A stretch of 64,000 nucleotides of DNA from an uncultured Pseudomonadota bacterium. Its GTDB lineage: Bacteria > Pseudomonadota > Alphaproteobacteria > RF32 > CAG-239. Positions within the stretch are counted from its first letter, which is position 1; each line of letters starts with the position of its first letter. The stretch lies in contig CASEQD010000003.1 of the NCBI GenBank assembly GCA_949289935.1, forward strand, positions 8,816 to 72,815. Direction: 5' to 3'. The translations under genes were made by a program, and so were the position numbers. Below are positions 49,422 to 59,220 of this stretch, in pieces. The notes beneath the pieces are model-generated. The model worked only from the letters and a program-made list of their open reading frames with translations, had not been told where the DNA came from and ran no database searches.

Positions 49422-49908
49422 TTTTTACTGTTTCATCTTTTTGAGAATCGATCATGTAATCGGCGAAATTTTGAACGATGAATTCTTTCCAGTCGCCATT
49501 GGGGGAGATGCAGCCGGATTTTTTGTTTTTGGTATTTACCAAAACTATTCCGCCGAAGTTCCATAAATTTTGGCAACAATCGTAGCTTTGAGTTATGTAT
49601 TTTTTTGTTCTTTCTATAATGCGATGATATATTTTTTTCTTGAAATAGTTCATGTATATCAGAATTGCGGCTGTGATGAACAATAGTCCGGATATGATAT
49701 AATCGAAGATTATCAGCAGCATGCCGATAAGAACGGGGGTTAAAACAGGCAGGAGTTTTTCCCAGGGATCATATACGGGGGATCCGGGACGGTTTATTTT
49801 TCCATAATCAAGGTACAGGCGAAGTTTGTCTTCTTCCAAGGCTTTATTCAGGGCTTTATATATCAAGAGTTCGGCCTTGTTGGGCTTTTTTGTTTTTTTA
49901 TTATTCAT
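49390..49908 (-). CDS. Hypothetical membrane protein
   Basis: Two TM helices and a Cys-containing periplasmic tail; no known motif. Confidence 0.4.
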   Translation of the reverse strand: MNNKKTKKPNKAELLIYKALNKALEEDKLRLYLDYGKINRPGSPVYDPWEKLLPVLTPVLIGMLLIIFDYIISGLLFITAAILIYMNYFKKKIYHRIIERTKKYITQSYDCCQNLWNFGGIVLVNTKNKKSGCISPNGDWKEFIVQNFADYMIDSQKDETVKNDETETKLSA

Positions 49909-51097
49909 AAAGTTTCTCCATTTCTTTGGGAATAAAAATGAAATATCTTCCCGTGGAATTCATTCTTCCGGCTTTATCCAAAACATCATCGGCACCTGAT
50001 CCCCAAAAATAATCGCCGCGCACTATTCCTTTTATGGCGCTTCCTATATCCTGAGCAACAACCAGTTTTTCTATTTTTTCTTTATCAGGTCCGGTGGTTT
50101 CCAGCCAGAGCAGTGCTCCCAAAGGTATGTATTTTCGGTCTACGGCCAAACTGCGTCCTGCTTGAAGAGCAACGCCGTGAGCACCGATGGGGCCGTCGCT
50201 GTTTGTTAGACGGTGGAATATATAACGATTGTTTTCATGAAGATTTTCTTCAGCTTTTCCAGGATTGTTTTTTAACCATTTTTTTATGTGAGACATAGAT
50301 GCTTCTCCCGGTTTTACCAAACCTTTTTCAAGAAGAACGGAGCCTATACCCTTAAAAGGCAGGCCGTTGTTTTCGGCATAACCGATGCGTACTTTTTCTC
50401 CGGTGTTTAGTTTTGCTACGGCAGAGCCTTGTATTTGCATGATATGTATATCAATAAGGCTGTCTCCCCATAAAAGTACGGGAGCATTTATTTTGTTTTT
50501 TTCTATTTCCCGGCGAGTGTAATAGGGAACAAATTTCTGGTTTTCTATTCTACCGACCAGACGGCGGTTCGGAAGCTCAGAATCGAAGTCTTTCAAGTTT
50601 ATTTCGACCAAATCGAAAGGTTTTCCGTATATGGGATATTTGTAAGTTTTATCAGGTATGCGGGAAGCATTGACGGATGCTTCAAAATAAGAGGTGAATT
50701 TTCCTTTTTCTTTTCCGTTTTCGGTTACAAGAAAAGGCGTGAAGTTTTCTTCAATGAATTTTTTGAAAGAAGGTGTATCTATGGGTTGTTTTTTCAGAAA
50801 TTTTTGACAGATTTTTTTGTAAGAATCCGTTGGCAGGCGTAATTCGGCATCAGACATAAATTTTTTGTTTTCGTTGATTATTTTTTTGCAGGAACGGCGA
50901 AAGCTTTCCGCTGCGTCTATTTGCGAATCCAGATTCCAATTTTTCAGTTCGCCGAAGGATGTTTTTATTAATTTTAATCCGGAAGCGTTTGCTGTTGTTT
51001 CTTTTTCGGCAGGTGCAAACATAAACATCTGTTCTTTTTTTAACAGAATGAACAAACAAACGGCAGCCAGCCCGGAGAATATTAAAAACTTTTTCAT
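49901..51097 (-). CDS. mltA: Membrane-bound lytic murein transglycosylase A
   Basis: MltA domain plus a C-terminal 3D domain; conserved synteny with the Tim44-like gene. Confidence 0.85.
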   Translation of the reverse strand: MKKFLIFSGLAAVCLFILLKKEQMFMFAPAEKETTANASGLKLIKTSFGELKNWNLDSQIDAAESFRRSCKKIINENKKFMSDAELRLPTDSYKKICQKFLKKQPIDTPSFKKFIEENFTPFLVTENGKEKGKFTSYFEASVNASRIPDKTYKYPIYGKPFDLVEINLKDFDSELPNRRLVGRIENQKFVPYYTRREIEKNKINAPVLLWGDSLIDIHIMQIQGSAVAKLNTGEKVRIGYAENNGLPFKGIGSVLLEKGLVKPGEASMSHIKKWLKNNPGKAEENLHENNRYIFHRLTNSDGPIGAHGVALQAGRSLAVDRKYIPLGALLWLETTGPDKEKIEKLVVAQDIGSAIKGIVRGDYFWGSGADDVLDKAGRMNSTGRYFIFIPKEMEKLYE

Positions 51098-51756
51098 GAT
51101 TTTTTTGTGGAAGCAAGAAGCCAGTTGGGGCTGGTTGAGGTCAGATTTCTTTCAAAAGTCCAGATATCGGTGATGTTCTGTATGTATTGATCGTCTCCTT
51201 CAATTACTTCTCCCTCTTTGTTTTTGAGCAGGTTTACCTGTTCGGAAATAAATTTTACGGTGATTTTGACCAAATCGTTTTTGGTTATCTGCGCATTGGT
51301 TATTTCGGCAGAATCAAAACCGATGAAATCTGTTTCGGCTGTTATGCCTTCTGCCTGACGCTGGTTTAATATTTCCTGAAATTTACGGGAAACATTTTTT
51401 GAAACGAGTTTTTCAAGAGTTTCGGTATCGCCTTTGCTGAAAGAAATTAAAATTAACTCAAAAGCTTTTTTGGCACCGGTAAGGAATTTTTCTTTATTAA
51501 ATCCGGGAATTTTTTGAAGTGTTTGTTCCGTTTCATTCTGTTCGGGCGTTGATGTTTCCGCTTCTGTATTTTCAGTTTGTTCGGCCGGTTCTTTTTTTTC
51601 AGTTTCCCGGGTAACAAAGGTTAAAATACGAGCTGTTTTTTCTTCAATGATATTTTGTTTTTGGTTTTTGGCATCGTTGTTTATGATGCTGATGTATTTG
51701 ATAATGATGTAGGTTACGGCTGCCAAGAGCAATAAAATTTCAACAACGGGTTCCAT
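51094..51756 (-). CDS. Tim44-like domain membrane protein
   Basis: N-terminal TM helix; C-terminal Tim44-like region (…WTFERN…W). Confidence 0.8.
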   Translation of the reverse strand: MEPVVEILLLLAAVTYIIIKYISIINNDAKNQKQNIIEEKTARILTFVTRETEKKEPAEQTENTEAETSTPEQNETEQTLQKIPGFNKEKFLTGAKKAFELILISFSKGDTETLEKLVSKNVSRKFQEILNQRQAEGITAETDFIGFDSAEITNAQITKNDLVKITVKFISEQVNLLKNKEGEVIEGDDQYIQNITDIWTFERNLTSTSPNWLLASTKKS

Positions 51757-51865
51757 CTTTTCCTCAAATTTTTATGGGTTTATGTTTAATATATAGCGTT
51801 TTTTGCTTTGATTATCAACAGAATTGAATTATATTCCTATACATTGTTAATAAGGAGGTTTTTTT

Positions 51866-52357
51866 ATGAGTGAAGAAAATAAAGAACAGTCAACCGCCAA
51901 TGATAATGCCGGCCGGGAAAAAGAAAATCAGCATCCGATGCCGCCTATTGTCATAAACAGCCAGTATATTAAGGATTTTTCTCTGGAAATTCCTCATGCC
52001 CCGGAAATTTTTAAGGAAATTACCCAGACTCCCGATATGAAGATAAATGTTGATGTTAACGCCAGACATTTGGAAGGCAATTTTTTTAATGTGGAACTGA
52101 GTATTGAAATGGACGGGAATGTTCAAAATAAAAAGTTGTTTATTCTGGAATTGAAATATGCAGCCGTTGCGGCTTTGAATGTTCCCGAAGAACATGTTGA
52201 GCCGGTATTGTTGATTGAAATTCCGCGAATGATTTTTCCTTTTGCCAGAAGTATTATCACTAACAGTCTGGTTGAAGGCGGACTGCCGCCGTTTATGCTT
52301 AATCCGATAGATTTTGTTATGATGTATCAAAAACGCAAGCAGGCAGAGAAAAAATAA
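51866..52357 (+). CDS. secB: Protein-export chaperone SecB
   Basis: SecB-family size and conserved FILEL.Y..A core. Confidence 0.88.
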   Translation: MSEENKEQSTANDNAGREKENQHPMPPIVINSQYIKDFSLEIPHAPEIFKEITQTPDMKINVDVNARHLEGNFFNVELSIEMDGNVQNKKLFILELKYAAVAALNVPEEHVEPVLLIEIPRMIFPFARSIITNSLVEGGLPPFMLNPIDFVMMYQKRKQAEKK

Positions 52358-52376
52358 AAAAAACAGCGGAGAAAGT

Positions 52377-53018
52377 TTATTTCTCCGCTGTTTTGTCTTT
52401 TGAACGGCAAAATTGTTTTACCGGACAAATCTTGCAATCCGGCTTTTGGGCTTTGCAGGTATATCTTCCGAACAAAACAAGCCAATGGTTAGCTTTTTTT
52501 ATGTATTCTTCGGGAAGGTTTTTCAGCAGATCTTTTTCTACGGCCAGGGGGTTTTTTCCGTCACTGAATCCGAGCCGGTGTGAAATTCTCATAACATGAG
52601 TGTCAACAGCGAGGGCAGCTTCGTTGAACCAGACATTTAATACAACGTTAGCCGTTTTTCTGCCGACTCCGGCAAGACTTTCCAAAGCTTCGCGGTTGTG
52701 AGGAACTTCTCCTTTATATTTTGCAAGCAGTTCCTGACTGAGCAACATGATATTTTTGGCTTTGTTGTTGTACAAGCCTATGCTTTTGATGTGTTTTTTT
52801 AGCTCGTCTATTCCCAGATTAAGCATTTTTTGCGGTGTATCCGCGATTTTGAATAGTTCGGCAGTGGCTTTGTTTACGCCTTTATCCGTGGTTTGCGCTG
52901 AAAGAACAACGGCGACCAGAAGCGTGTAAGCATTGTGAAAATTCAGTTCACATTTCGGGTCAGGATTGAGTTTGTTGAAAATCTCCATTATTTTTAATAT
53001 TTCTGATTTTTTGCGCAT
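52377..53018 (-). CDS. nth: Endonuclease III
   Basis: HhH-GPD motif and C-terminal 4Fe-4S cluster CKAQKPDCKICP. Confidence 0.93.
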   Translation of the reverse strand: MRKKSEILKIMEIFNKLNPDPKCELNFHNAYTLLVAVVLSAQTTDKGVNKATAELFKIADTPQKMLNLGIDELKKHIKSIGLYNNKAKNIMLLSQELLAKYKGEVPHNREALESLAGVGRKTANVVLNVWFNEAALAVDTHVMRISHRLGFSDGKNPLAVEKDLLKNLPEEYIKKANHWLVLFGRYTCKAQKPDCKICPVKQFCRSKDKTAEK

Positions 53019-53019
53019 G

Positions 53020-54108
53020 TCAGGCTTTTACTCCTCCTGCTCCGGCGGCTTTTGGGGCGTTTTCATCCAAAGGCCAGCGCGGCCGTGGTTTGAAATCCAG
53101 TTCATTGGTATATCCGTTTTGAAATCGTTCCAGTCCGGCCCAGGCTATCATAACGCCGTTGTCCGTGCAAAAACGCACCGGCGGAGCGGAAAATTCCAGA
53201 TGGTGCCGGGCGGCCAGGTTTTTGAGGGCGTTTCTTAAATATGTGTTGGCGGCAACACCTCCGGCAACAACCAGATCTTTGCCGTCAGGATAATGAGATT
53301 TAAAATAACGAACGGCTTTTTCCAATTTTCCCGTCAGGCATTCCGTTACTGTTTTTTGAAAACAGGCGCAAATGTCAGCAGTGTCTTTTTCTCCAATGAT
53401 GGCATGTTCTATTTTTCCGTCGGGAGAATATGCCTCGATGATTTTTCTTACGGCCGTTTTCAGTCCGGAAAAAGACAGATTCATATCGTTTGAGCCGGAG
53501 AGGGGATGCGGCAGGGTAAAACGATTTTCGTCGCCTGATGCGGCTTTTTTTTCTATCATCGGTCCTCCGGGGTAGCTGAGATTTAACATTTTTGCTACTT
53601 TATCAAAGGCTTCGCCGGCGGCATCGTCTATTGTGGTGCCGAGGCGTTCGTAATTTCCGACATTACGGACAACCAAAATCTGGCAGTGGCCTCCTGAGAC
53701 AAGCAAGAGCAGATACGGATAGCAGACGTCTGAGGTCAGGCGTGCCGTGAGAGCGTGTCCTTCAAGGTGGTTGACGGCGATAAAAGGTTTGTTCAAAGCC
53801 AGAGAAATGGCTTTCCCTGCCATGACGCCGATAACAACACCGCCAATCAGTCCCGGTCCGGAAGAGGCTGCGACAGCGTCTATATCAGATAGTTTTACGC
53901 CGGCGTTTTTTAGTGTTTTTTCAATTATTTCGTCAATATGTTCCAAATGGGCGCGCGCGGCTATTTCGGGAACAACGCCGCCGAAGGTTTTGTGTTCTTC
54001 CTGTGAGAGGACGCATTCACCCAGAATTTCTTTTTTGTCATTTACGATTGCTGCGGCGGTTTCATCGCAGCTGCTTTCTATTCCCAAGACAATCATTATT
54101 ATTTCCAA
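53020..54108 (-). CDS. tsaD: tRNA N6-adenosine threonylcarbamoyltransferase TsaD (Gcp)
   Basis: LGIESSCDET N-terminus and the HxxGH metal site (NHLEGH). Confidence 0.95.
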   Translation of the reverse strand: MEIIMIVLGIESSCDETAAAIVNDKKEILGECVLSQEEHKTFGGVVPEIAARAHLEHIDEIIEKTLKNAGVKLSDIDAVAASSGPGLIGGVVIGVMAGKAISLALNKPFIAVNHLEGHALTARLTSDVCYPYLLLLVSGGHCQILVVRNVGNYERLGTTIDDAAGEAFDKVAKMLNLSYPGGPMIEKKAASGDENRFTLPHPLSGSNDMNLSFSGLKTAVRKIIEAYSPDGKIEHAIIGEKDTADICACFQKTVTECLTGKLEKAVRYFKSHYPDGKDLVVAGGVAANTYLRNALKNLAARHHLEFSAPPVRFCTDNGVMIAWAGLERFQNGYTNELDFKPRPRWPLDENAPKAAGAGGVKA

Positions 54109-54192
54109 AGATGTTGTTTTTTTTATAATTATTTAAGATTATATACACTATAAAAATATTTATGCCAAGCAAATAACATAAAGGATTTTAAA

Positions 54193-55239
54193 ATGGTTAA
54201 ACGTAGCGCCGATGAAGTTTCCGAAGAGAAAAAAACAGTTGTTAAAGACCATCATCGGCATGTATCGCGCGGTTTTGTTTTTAAGGTTTTTGTTTTGTCG
54301 GCTGTTTTTCTGTTATTTGCCGGGGTATGGTTCAGGCCGGATTCTTTTTATAATCTGGCGGAAAAAGTTAAAAATATGTTTGTTTCAGAAGAACAGAAAA
54401 AGCCCGAGGTTGATTTTTTTCAGGTTCAAAAAGAACTTAATGATGTTAAAATCAGTCTTTTGAATTTGAATGCTTCTTTGCAGCGTTTGCGGGAAAAAGC
54501 CGTCAACAGAGAAGATTTGAAGCTGTTGGAGGACAGAATTGTCGCGGCAGAAACAAAAAATGATGAAATTTTAAATGCCAAAGCCGATTCATCGGTCGTT
54601 ATGGGATTGATTTCCCGTTTGGATAAACAGGAACACAGGCTGGATGAACAAGTTAAGCTTTCAGACAGAGGGGCTTTGATTTTGACAGCGGTAATGTTTG
54701 TGAAAGACAGCGCTGAAAGGGGAAATTCTTTTGTATATGAAGCTGAAATTTTGAAACAGATGGCTGAGGGAGAAGATGCTCTTAATGCTCCGGTAACGGT
54801 TATAGAAAACTGCGCCGGTCAGATTATTCCGTCGTCTTCCTCTTTAAAAGAGGCTTTTGAGCAAATTTATGTTAAAATATCAAAAGCCGAGAAAAACAGG
54901 AAACTTCAGGAAAAAAACTGGAAAGAAGTTTTGCGTCAGAAATTTGACGAGTATGTCCGGTTTAGTTATGCAAATGAGCCTGCTTCTTTGGAAATTAAAG
55001 AAAAAGATGTTTTGCAGGCCGTTTATGAAGCCGTAAGAGAAAATAGAATTGAGCAGGCTTTAAATATTTTGAAAAAGCCGGAAGGAGCGCTTTTGTTTAA
55101 TTTATATCCGGCTTTGAAAGAATGGAGCAGCAGGGCAGAACTCCATGTCAGGTTTTATGCCGCTGTTTCTGATATATCTTCCCAGGCGCTGGTTTTGATG
55201 AAAGTTAATTATCTTAAACAAACGGCGGCCGGAGAGTAA
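54193..55239 (+). CDS. Hypothetical membrane-anchored coiled-coil protein
   Basis: One N-terminal TM helix followed by about 300 aa of helical/coiled-coil sequence; no motif. Confidence 0.4.
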   Translation: MVKRSADEVSEEKKTVVKDHHRHVSRGFVFKVFVLSAVFLLFAGVWFRPDSFYNLAEKVKNMFVSEEQKKPEVDFFQVQKELNDVKISLLNLNASLQRLREKAVNREDLKLLEDRIVAAETKNDEILNAKADSSVVMGLISRLDKQEHRLDEQVKLSDRGALILTAVMFVKDSAERGNSFVYEAEILKQMAEGEDALNAPVTVIENCAGQIIPSSSSLKEAFEQIYVKISKAEKNRKLQEKNWKEVLRQKFDEYVRFSYANEPASLEIKEKDVLQAVYEAVRENRIEQALNILKKPEGALLFNLYPALKEWSSRAELHVRFYAAVSDISSQALVLMKVNYLKQTAAGE

Positions 55240-55284
55240 GAGATTTTTGTTTATGGTGAAATAAAAAACAGCAAAGAGGTCATA

Positions 55285-56682
55285 ATGATAAATGAAGAAT
55301 TAAAGAAAATCTGGTTGGAAAAATTTGAAACGGTTCCGCAGACATTGCAGAAAATGCAAAATGTAGAATCGGCGGCAACGGCTTTTAATGCAAATATTGA
55401 TGCCGTTTTGAAAATTAAAGGGAATCGGATTGCCGAACTGGCGGAGCAATTCGGGCTGACATTGTCCGAACTGGAGAATATTCATACTGCCAAGCTTAAT
55501 GAACCGGTGGATGTTTTGAAGGGGTTGTTTCGTTGTTTTAAACGAGGTATTGCCGAAGAATGGTTGACGGAAGATAAATTTGTTTATGACTGGATGGTGA
55601 AAAATCTCGGTTATGACCGTTTGCAAATGGGCGGGCAGGGCGGTATTGTTGCCAATGCTCTGGCCGTTGCCGGCGTCAGGAAAGTTTTTGTTCATACAAA
55701 TTCACTGCCGGAGCTGCAGGCAAAACAATTTTTGGCGCTGGATAATCTTTTGTCTTTTGATGCTGACGGAACGGAAAAACCGGCTTATCAGATAAACAGA
55801 GAGACGGATATTCCTCTTATTCACTGGATTTTGGAATTTGACAAAGGAGATGTTGTTGAAATCGGCGGCAAGAGTTTTGTCTGTCCAAAATCGAATCGTT
55901 TTATTGCGACGTATGATCCGTTGAATTTATATTTGGTTATGGATGAGCATTTTGTTGAAAAAATGTCAAAGGAAAAAGCGGATTATGTGATTTTGTCCGG
56001 TTTCCATGCTTTGACGGAGCATAACGGCGGTGTGAAGCGTCAAGATGATGTTTTGCCGATTATATTGTCCTGGAAAAAACAGGGAGATTTGATTCATTTG
56101 GAAATTGCTTCCACGCAGGATATTGCCGTGCGTAAAAGAATTATTGAAAAAATTGCGCCGGTTGTTGATTCTGTCGGCGTGAATGAACGTGAAACCATAG
56201 ACATTCTGGAAGTTACCGGATTTGAAAAACTGGCCGAACAATGCAATGAAGATACACACAGCGTTAATATGTTTAAGGCTCTGTTGAACATAAAAAAATA
56301 TATGAAAACACCGCGTATTCAGTTGCATATGTTTGGCTTGTACATGACTTTGCAAGACAAGGGATTTAAAATTACGCCTGAAGAAAATCTGCGGGGAATG
56401 ATGCTGGCTTCAACCGTTGCCGCCGGTAAAGCCGGTACGGGTACAATAGATATTCGGGAGAATTTGTTGTGGGCTCAGGGGCAGTCTGTTTCCGATGTCG
56501 GATTGAACGAACTTCGTAATCTGGCCGAATATTTGCAAAAAGGAGAACTTTTGGAAAAGGGAATGACCGAAACCGATGGATTTGATTTGATTGCCGTTCC
56601 GACAATTCTGGTGGAAAAACCGGTAACATTGGTTGGTATGGGAGATACTATTTCATCCATTTCTCTGGTGGGGGCGAGGTAA
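55285..56682 (+). CDS. ADP-dependent sugar kinase family protein (ADP-glucokinase/phosphofructokinase-like, ribokinase superfamily)
   Basis: N-terminal NANIDAV; the MGGQGGIVANALA motif (GGNAxxMA-type); C-terminal catalytic GxGD (LVGMGDTISSIS); 465 aa, matching ADP-GK/PFK architecture. Confidence 0.55.
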   Translation: MINEELKKIWLEKFETVPQTLQKMQNVESAATAFNANIDAVLKIKGNRIAELAEQFGLTLSELENIHTAKLNEPVDVLKGLFRCFKRGIAEEWLTEDKFVYDWMVKNLGYDRLQMGGQGGIVANALAVAGVRKVFVHTNSLPELQAKQFLALDNLLSFDADGTEKPAYQINRETDIPLIHWILEFDKGDVVEIGGKSFVCPKSNRFIATYDPLNLYLVMDEHFVEKMSKEKADYVILSGFHALTEHNGGVKRQDDVLPIILSWKKQGDLIHLEIASTQDIAVRKRIIEKIAPVVDSVGVNERETIDILEVTGFEKLAEQCNEDTHSVNMFKALLNIKKYMKTPRIQLHMFGLYMTLQDKGFKITPEENLRGMMLASTVAAGKAGTGTIDIRENLLWAQGQSVSDVGLNELRNLAEYLQKGELLEKGMTETDGFDLIAVPTILVEKPVTLVGMGDTISSISLVGAR

Positions 56683-56701
56683 TTTGAATAAAAACCGGAG
56701 T

Positions 56702-57256
56702 TTATACTCCGGTTTTTTGTTGCCTGTCGATGAATTTGCCAATGGCCTCTATTACCCGGTTGACGGTGTTGTCGACGATTTCTTCTTTGGTTTCGACAAC
56801 AATGTCGGCTTCGGAATAGTAAGGATATTCTTCTTTGATATAGGTTTCGAGCTTGTTTTTCAGGTGAGAATCGTTTCCTTCCAGAAATGGACGGTGTTTT
56901 CTTCCGGCCGTGCGGTTGTAAAGCGTATCAATGTCTGCTTTTAGCCAGACGGTGATGGCATGTTCTTTTGCCAGCCGCCGGGTTTGTTCGGCAACAAATG
57001 AGCCTCCGCCTGAAGCCAGAACGCAAGGAGTGCCCTGTAAAAGCCGTTTCATGACACGTTCTTCTCCCGCCCGGTATTCTTCAGCACCAAAGCATTTTAA
57101 AACATCTACCAGTGATAATCCGGCTGCTTTTTCGATTTCCTGGTCTCCGTCGACAAAGGGCAGGTTTAATTTTTTTGCCAAGCGTTTGCCGACGCTGGTT
57201 TTTCCGCTGCCCATCAGGCCGACAAGCAATATAATCTTATTTGTTTTTTTTATCAT
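56702..57256 (-). CDS. aroK: Shikimate kinase
   Basis: P-loop LVGLMGSGKTSVG. Confidence 0.92.
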   Translation of the reverse strand: MIKKTNKIILLVGLMGSGKTSVGKRLAKKLNLPFVDGDQEIEKAAGLSLVDVLKCFGAEEYRAGEERVMKRLLQGTPCVLASGGGSFVAEQTRRLAKEHAITVWLKADIDTLYNRTAGRKHRPFLEGNDSHLKNKLETYIKEEYPYYSEADIVVETKEEIVDNTVNRVIEAIGKFIDRQQKTGV

Positions 57257-57491
57257 GGTTATATTTGTTTTTTTAATGGTTCTTTCAAAATATTATGCTA
57301 AATATATAAACAGTTTGTATTTTTAGCAATATACTTTTTTGAGAGGAAAAAATGAAGCAGAAAAATTCAAATGCCTGGCTGTATATCGGTGTGCTTATTT
57401 TGCTTGGACTTGTATTGTTTGTTGCATCGCGGGAAGTGCCGTTAAAACAGGAACAAACAGAACAGGTATTGGATAATTCTTTTTTGGAAAA

Positions 57492-58394
57492 ATGATGTCT
57501 GCAGACAAATTGGTTGATGATTTTTTGGAAATGATGTCTGCCGAACGCGGCGCATCCGTTCATACGCTTGATGCTTACAGGCGGGATGTTGAGCAATTTT
57601 GGGCGTGTTGCAGTGAAAATACTCCGAAAGCCGTCAGCCGGGATGATATTTCCGATTTTGTGGTTTTTTTGAGCAGACAGGGTTTTTCTTCTAAAACCAT
57701 AGCCCGGAAGCTTTCGGCTGTCAGAGAGTATTTTAAGTTTTTGTATTCGGAAAAAGAAATTGAAGAGAATCCGGCAATTAATATTTTAACACCGAAACAA
57801 AGCAAGCCTTTGCCCAAGTTTTTGACAGTTGAAGAAATTGATATGCTTATTACAGCGGCACAGAATCACAAACAGCTTCGTTACAGACGGATGGCGGTTA
57901 TGCTGATTTTAATGTATGCCTGCGGGTTGAGGGTTTCCGAACTTGTGGAGCTGCCGGAAAATTGTATTAATTATGATAAAAAACAAATACTTGTCAGAGG
58001 AAAAGGAAATAAAGAAAGAATTATTCCGGTGGCAGAAAAGGCCATTCATGCCGTTTTGGATTATTTTAGTTACCGGGATTGTTTTTTGAAACAAGGTCGG
58101 AAGTCGGTATGGATGTTTCCTTCTTTTTCTGCTTCCGGACATATTACAAGGGATGCTTTTTTTAAAAATCTTAAAAGTTTGGCTTCTGAGGCCGGTATTT
58201 CCAGGGAAAAGGTTTCTCCGCATGTGCTGCGTCATTCGTTTGCCACGCATTTGCTTAATAATCATGCTGATTTACGTTCTGTTCAACAGATGCTCGGGCA
58301 TTCCAGCATTGCTACAACGGAAGTTTATACTCATATTATCGGGGATGAATTGATAAATACCGTGCAAAGGCTTCATCCGTTGAGTAAAAAATAA
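57492..58394 (+). CDS. xerD: Tyrosine site-specific recombinase XerD
   Basis: R...HxxR...Y catalytic tetrad (HVLRHSFATHLL…EVYTH) and an N-terminal core-binding domain. Confidence 0.93.
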   Translation: MMSADKLVDDFLEMMSAERGASVHTLDAYRRDVEQFWACCSENTPKAVSRDDISDFVVFLSRQGFSSKTIARKLSAVREYFKFLYSEKEIEENPAINILTPKQSKPLPKFLTVEEIDMLITAAQNHKQLRYRRMAVMLILMYACGLRVSELVELPENCINYDKKQILVRGKGNKERIIPVAEKAIHAVLDYFSYRDCFLKQGRKSVWMFPSFSASGHITRDAFFKNLKSLASEAGISREKVSPHVLRHSFATHLLNNHADLRSVQQMLGHSSIATTEVYTHIIGDELINTVQRLHPLSKK

Positions 58395-58426
58395 AAGAGG
58401 GTTTTTTTACCCTCTTTTATTTTTTA
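58394..58426. terminator. Bidirectional rho-independent terminator after xerD
   Basis: AAAGAGGGT-TTTTTT-ACCCTCTTT followed by a T-run. Confidence 0.65.
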
Positions 58427-58433
58427 CTTTGGC

Positions 58434-59120
58434 TTATTTTTCGGTGAAAAAGTCTATTAAATCGCCAATGGTTTTGTTTTCGATAAAGTTGTTGTTGACG
58501 GTTTTTTTGAAAGTATCTTCCAACCAAAGAATAACCAGATAGTAGCTCATTTCTCCGCATTTTTCGATTGACGGCGTGAGCGTTTTTATTGATGCTTTTT
58601 CATCAATATCTTCCGGTTCAATTCCGCAAGAATCAGCCAGGTAGCTTTTAATTGTCTGTCTGGAAGCCGCAGGTTTTTGAACAAGCAGCAAAATGTTGTC
58701 AAGCTTGCTGCACCGGTTGGTGAAGAAGTTGGCAAAATCTTCAATAGTAATCTGTTCTCCGTCGGGGCAGGCATCCTCCAAATATCTTAAAGGAGCATCG
58801 CTGTCTTCCCGGGAGATTTTTTTTCCGGTATAGTTTTCTAATGCGAAAACAATGCCGAGCAATGTCTCCCGTAAAATTCTTCCGCCGGAAATGTTGTCAG
58901 TTTTTTTGACATAAGCTTCTTTTTCAAACAAGCGCAGTATCTGGCTTTTTTTCAAAACAGGAAAAGCTTTGATGGTGTTTTCCAGTTCGCTGCACAGAAT
59001 GCCTTTTCTGACGCTGAAAATTTTTTTGCTGATCTCGTTGCTGCAGTTGTACTTGTTTTTAAGCAAGTTGAGCAATTCTTTTTTTGGAATAACGGCCAAA
59101 GTTTCTTTTAATTTTTCCAT
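58434..59120 (-). CDS. Hypothetical protein
   Basis: 228 aa, cytoplasmic, no recognisable motif. Confidence 0.4.
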   Translation of the reverse strand: MEKLKETLAVIPKKELLNLLKNKYNCSNEISKKIFSVRKGILCSELENTIKAFPVLKKSQILRLFEKEAYVKKTDNISGGRILRETLLGIVFALENYTGKKISREDSDAPLRYLEDACPDGEQITIEDFANFFTNRCSKLDNILLLVQKPAASRQTIKSYLADSCGIEPEDIDEKASIKTLTPSIEKCGEMSYYLVILWLEDTFKKTVNNNFIENKTIGDLIDFFTEK

Positions 59121-59220
59121 AATTATATAAGTTAATTAGTTAATAAAAATAAATTATCATGGTATACGATAGCATAAAATTTTTGTTTGACAAGTCTTTT
59201 TGTTAATTTTTTTGACAAAA

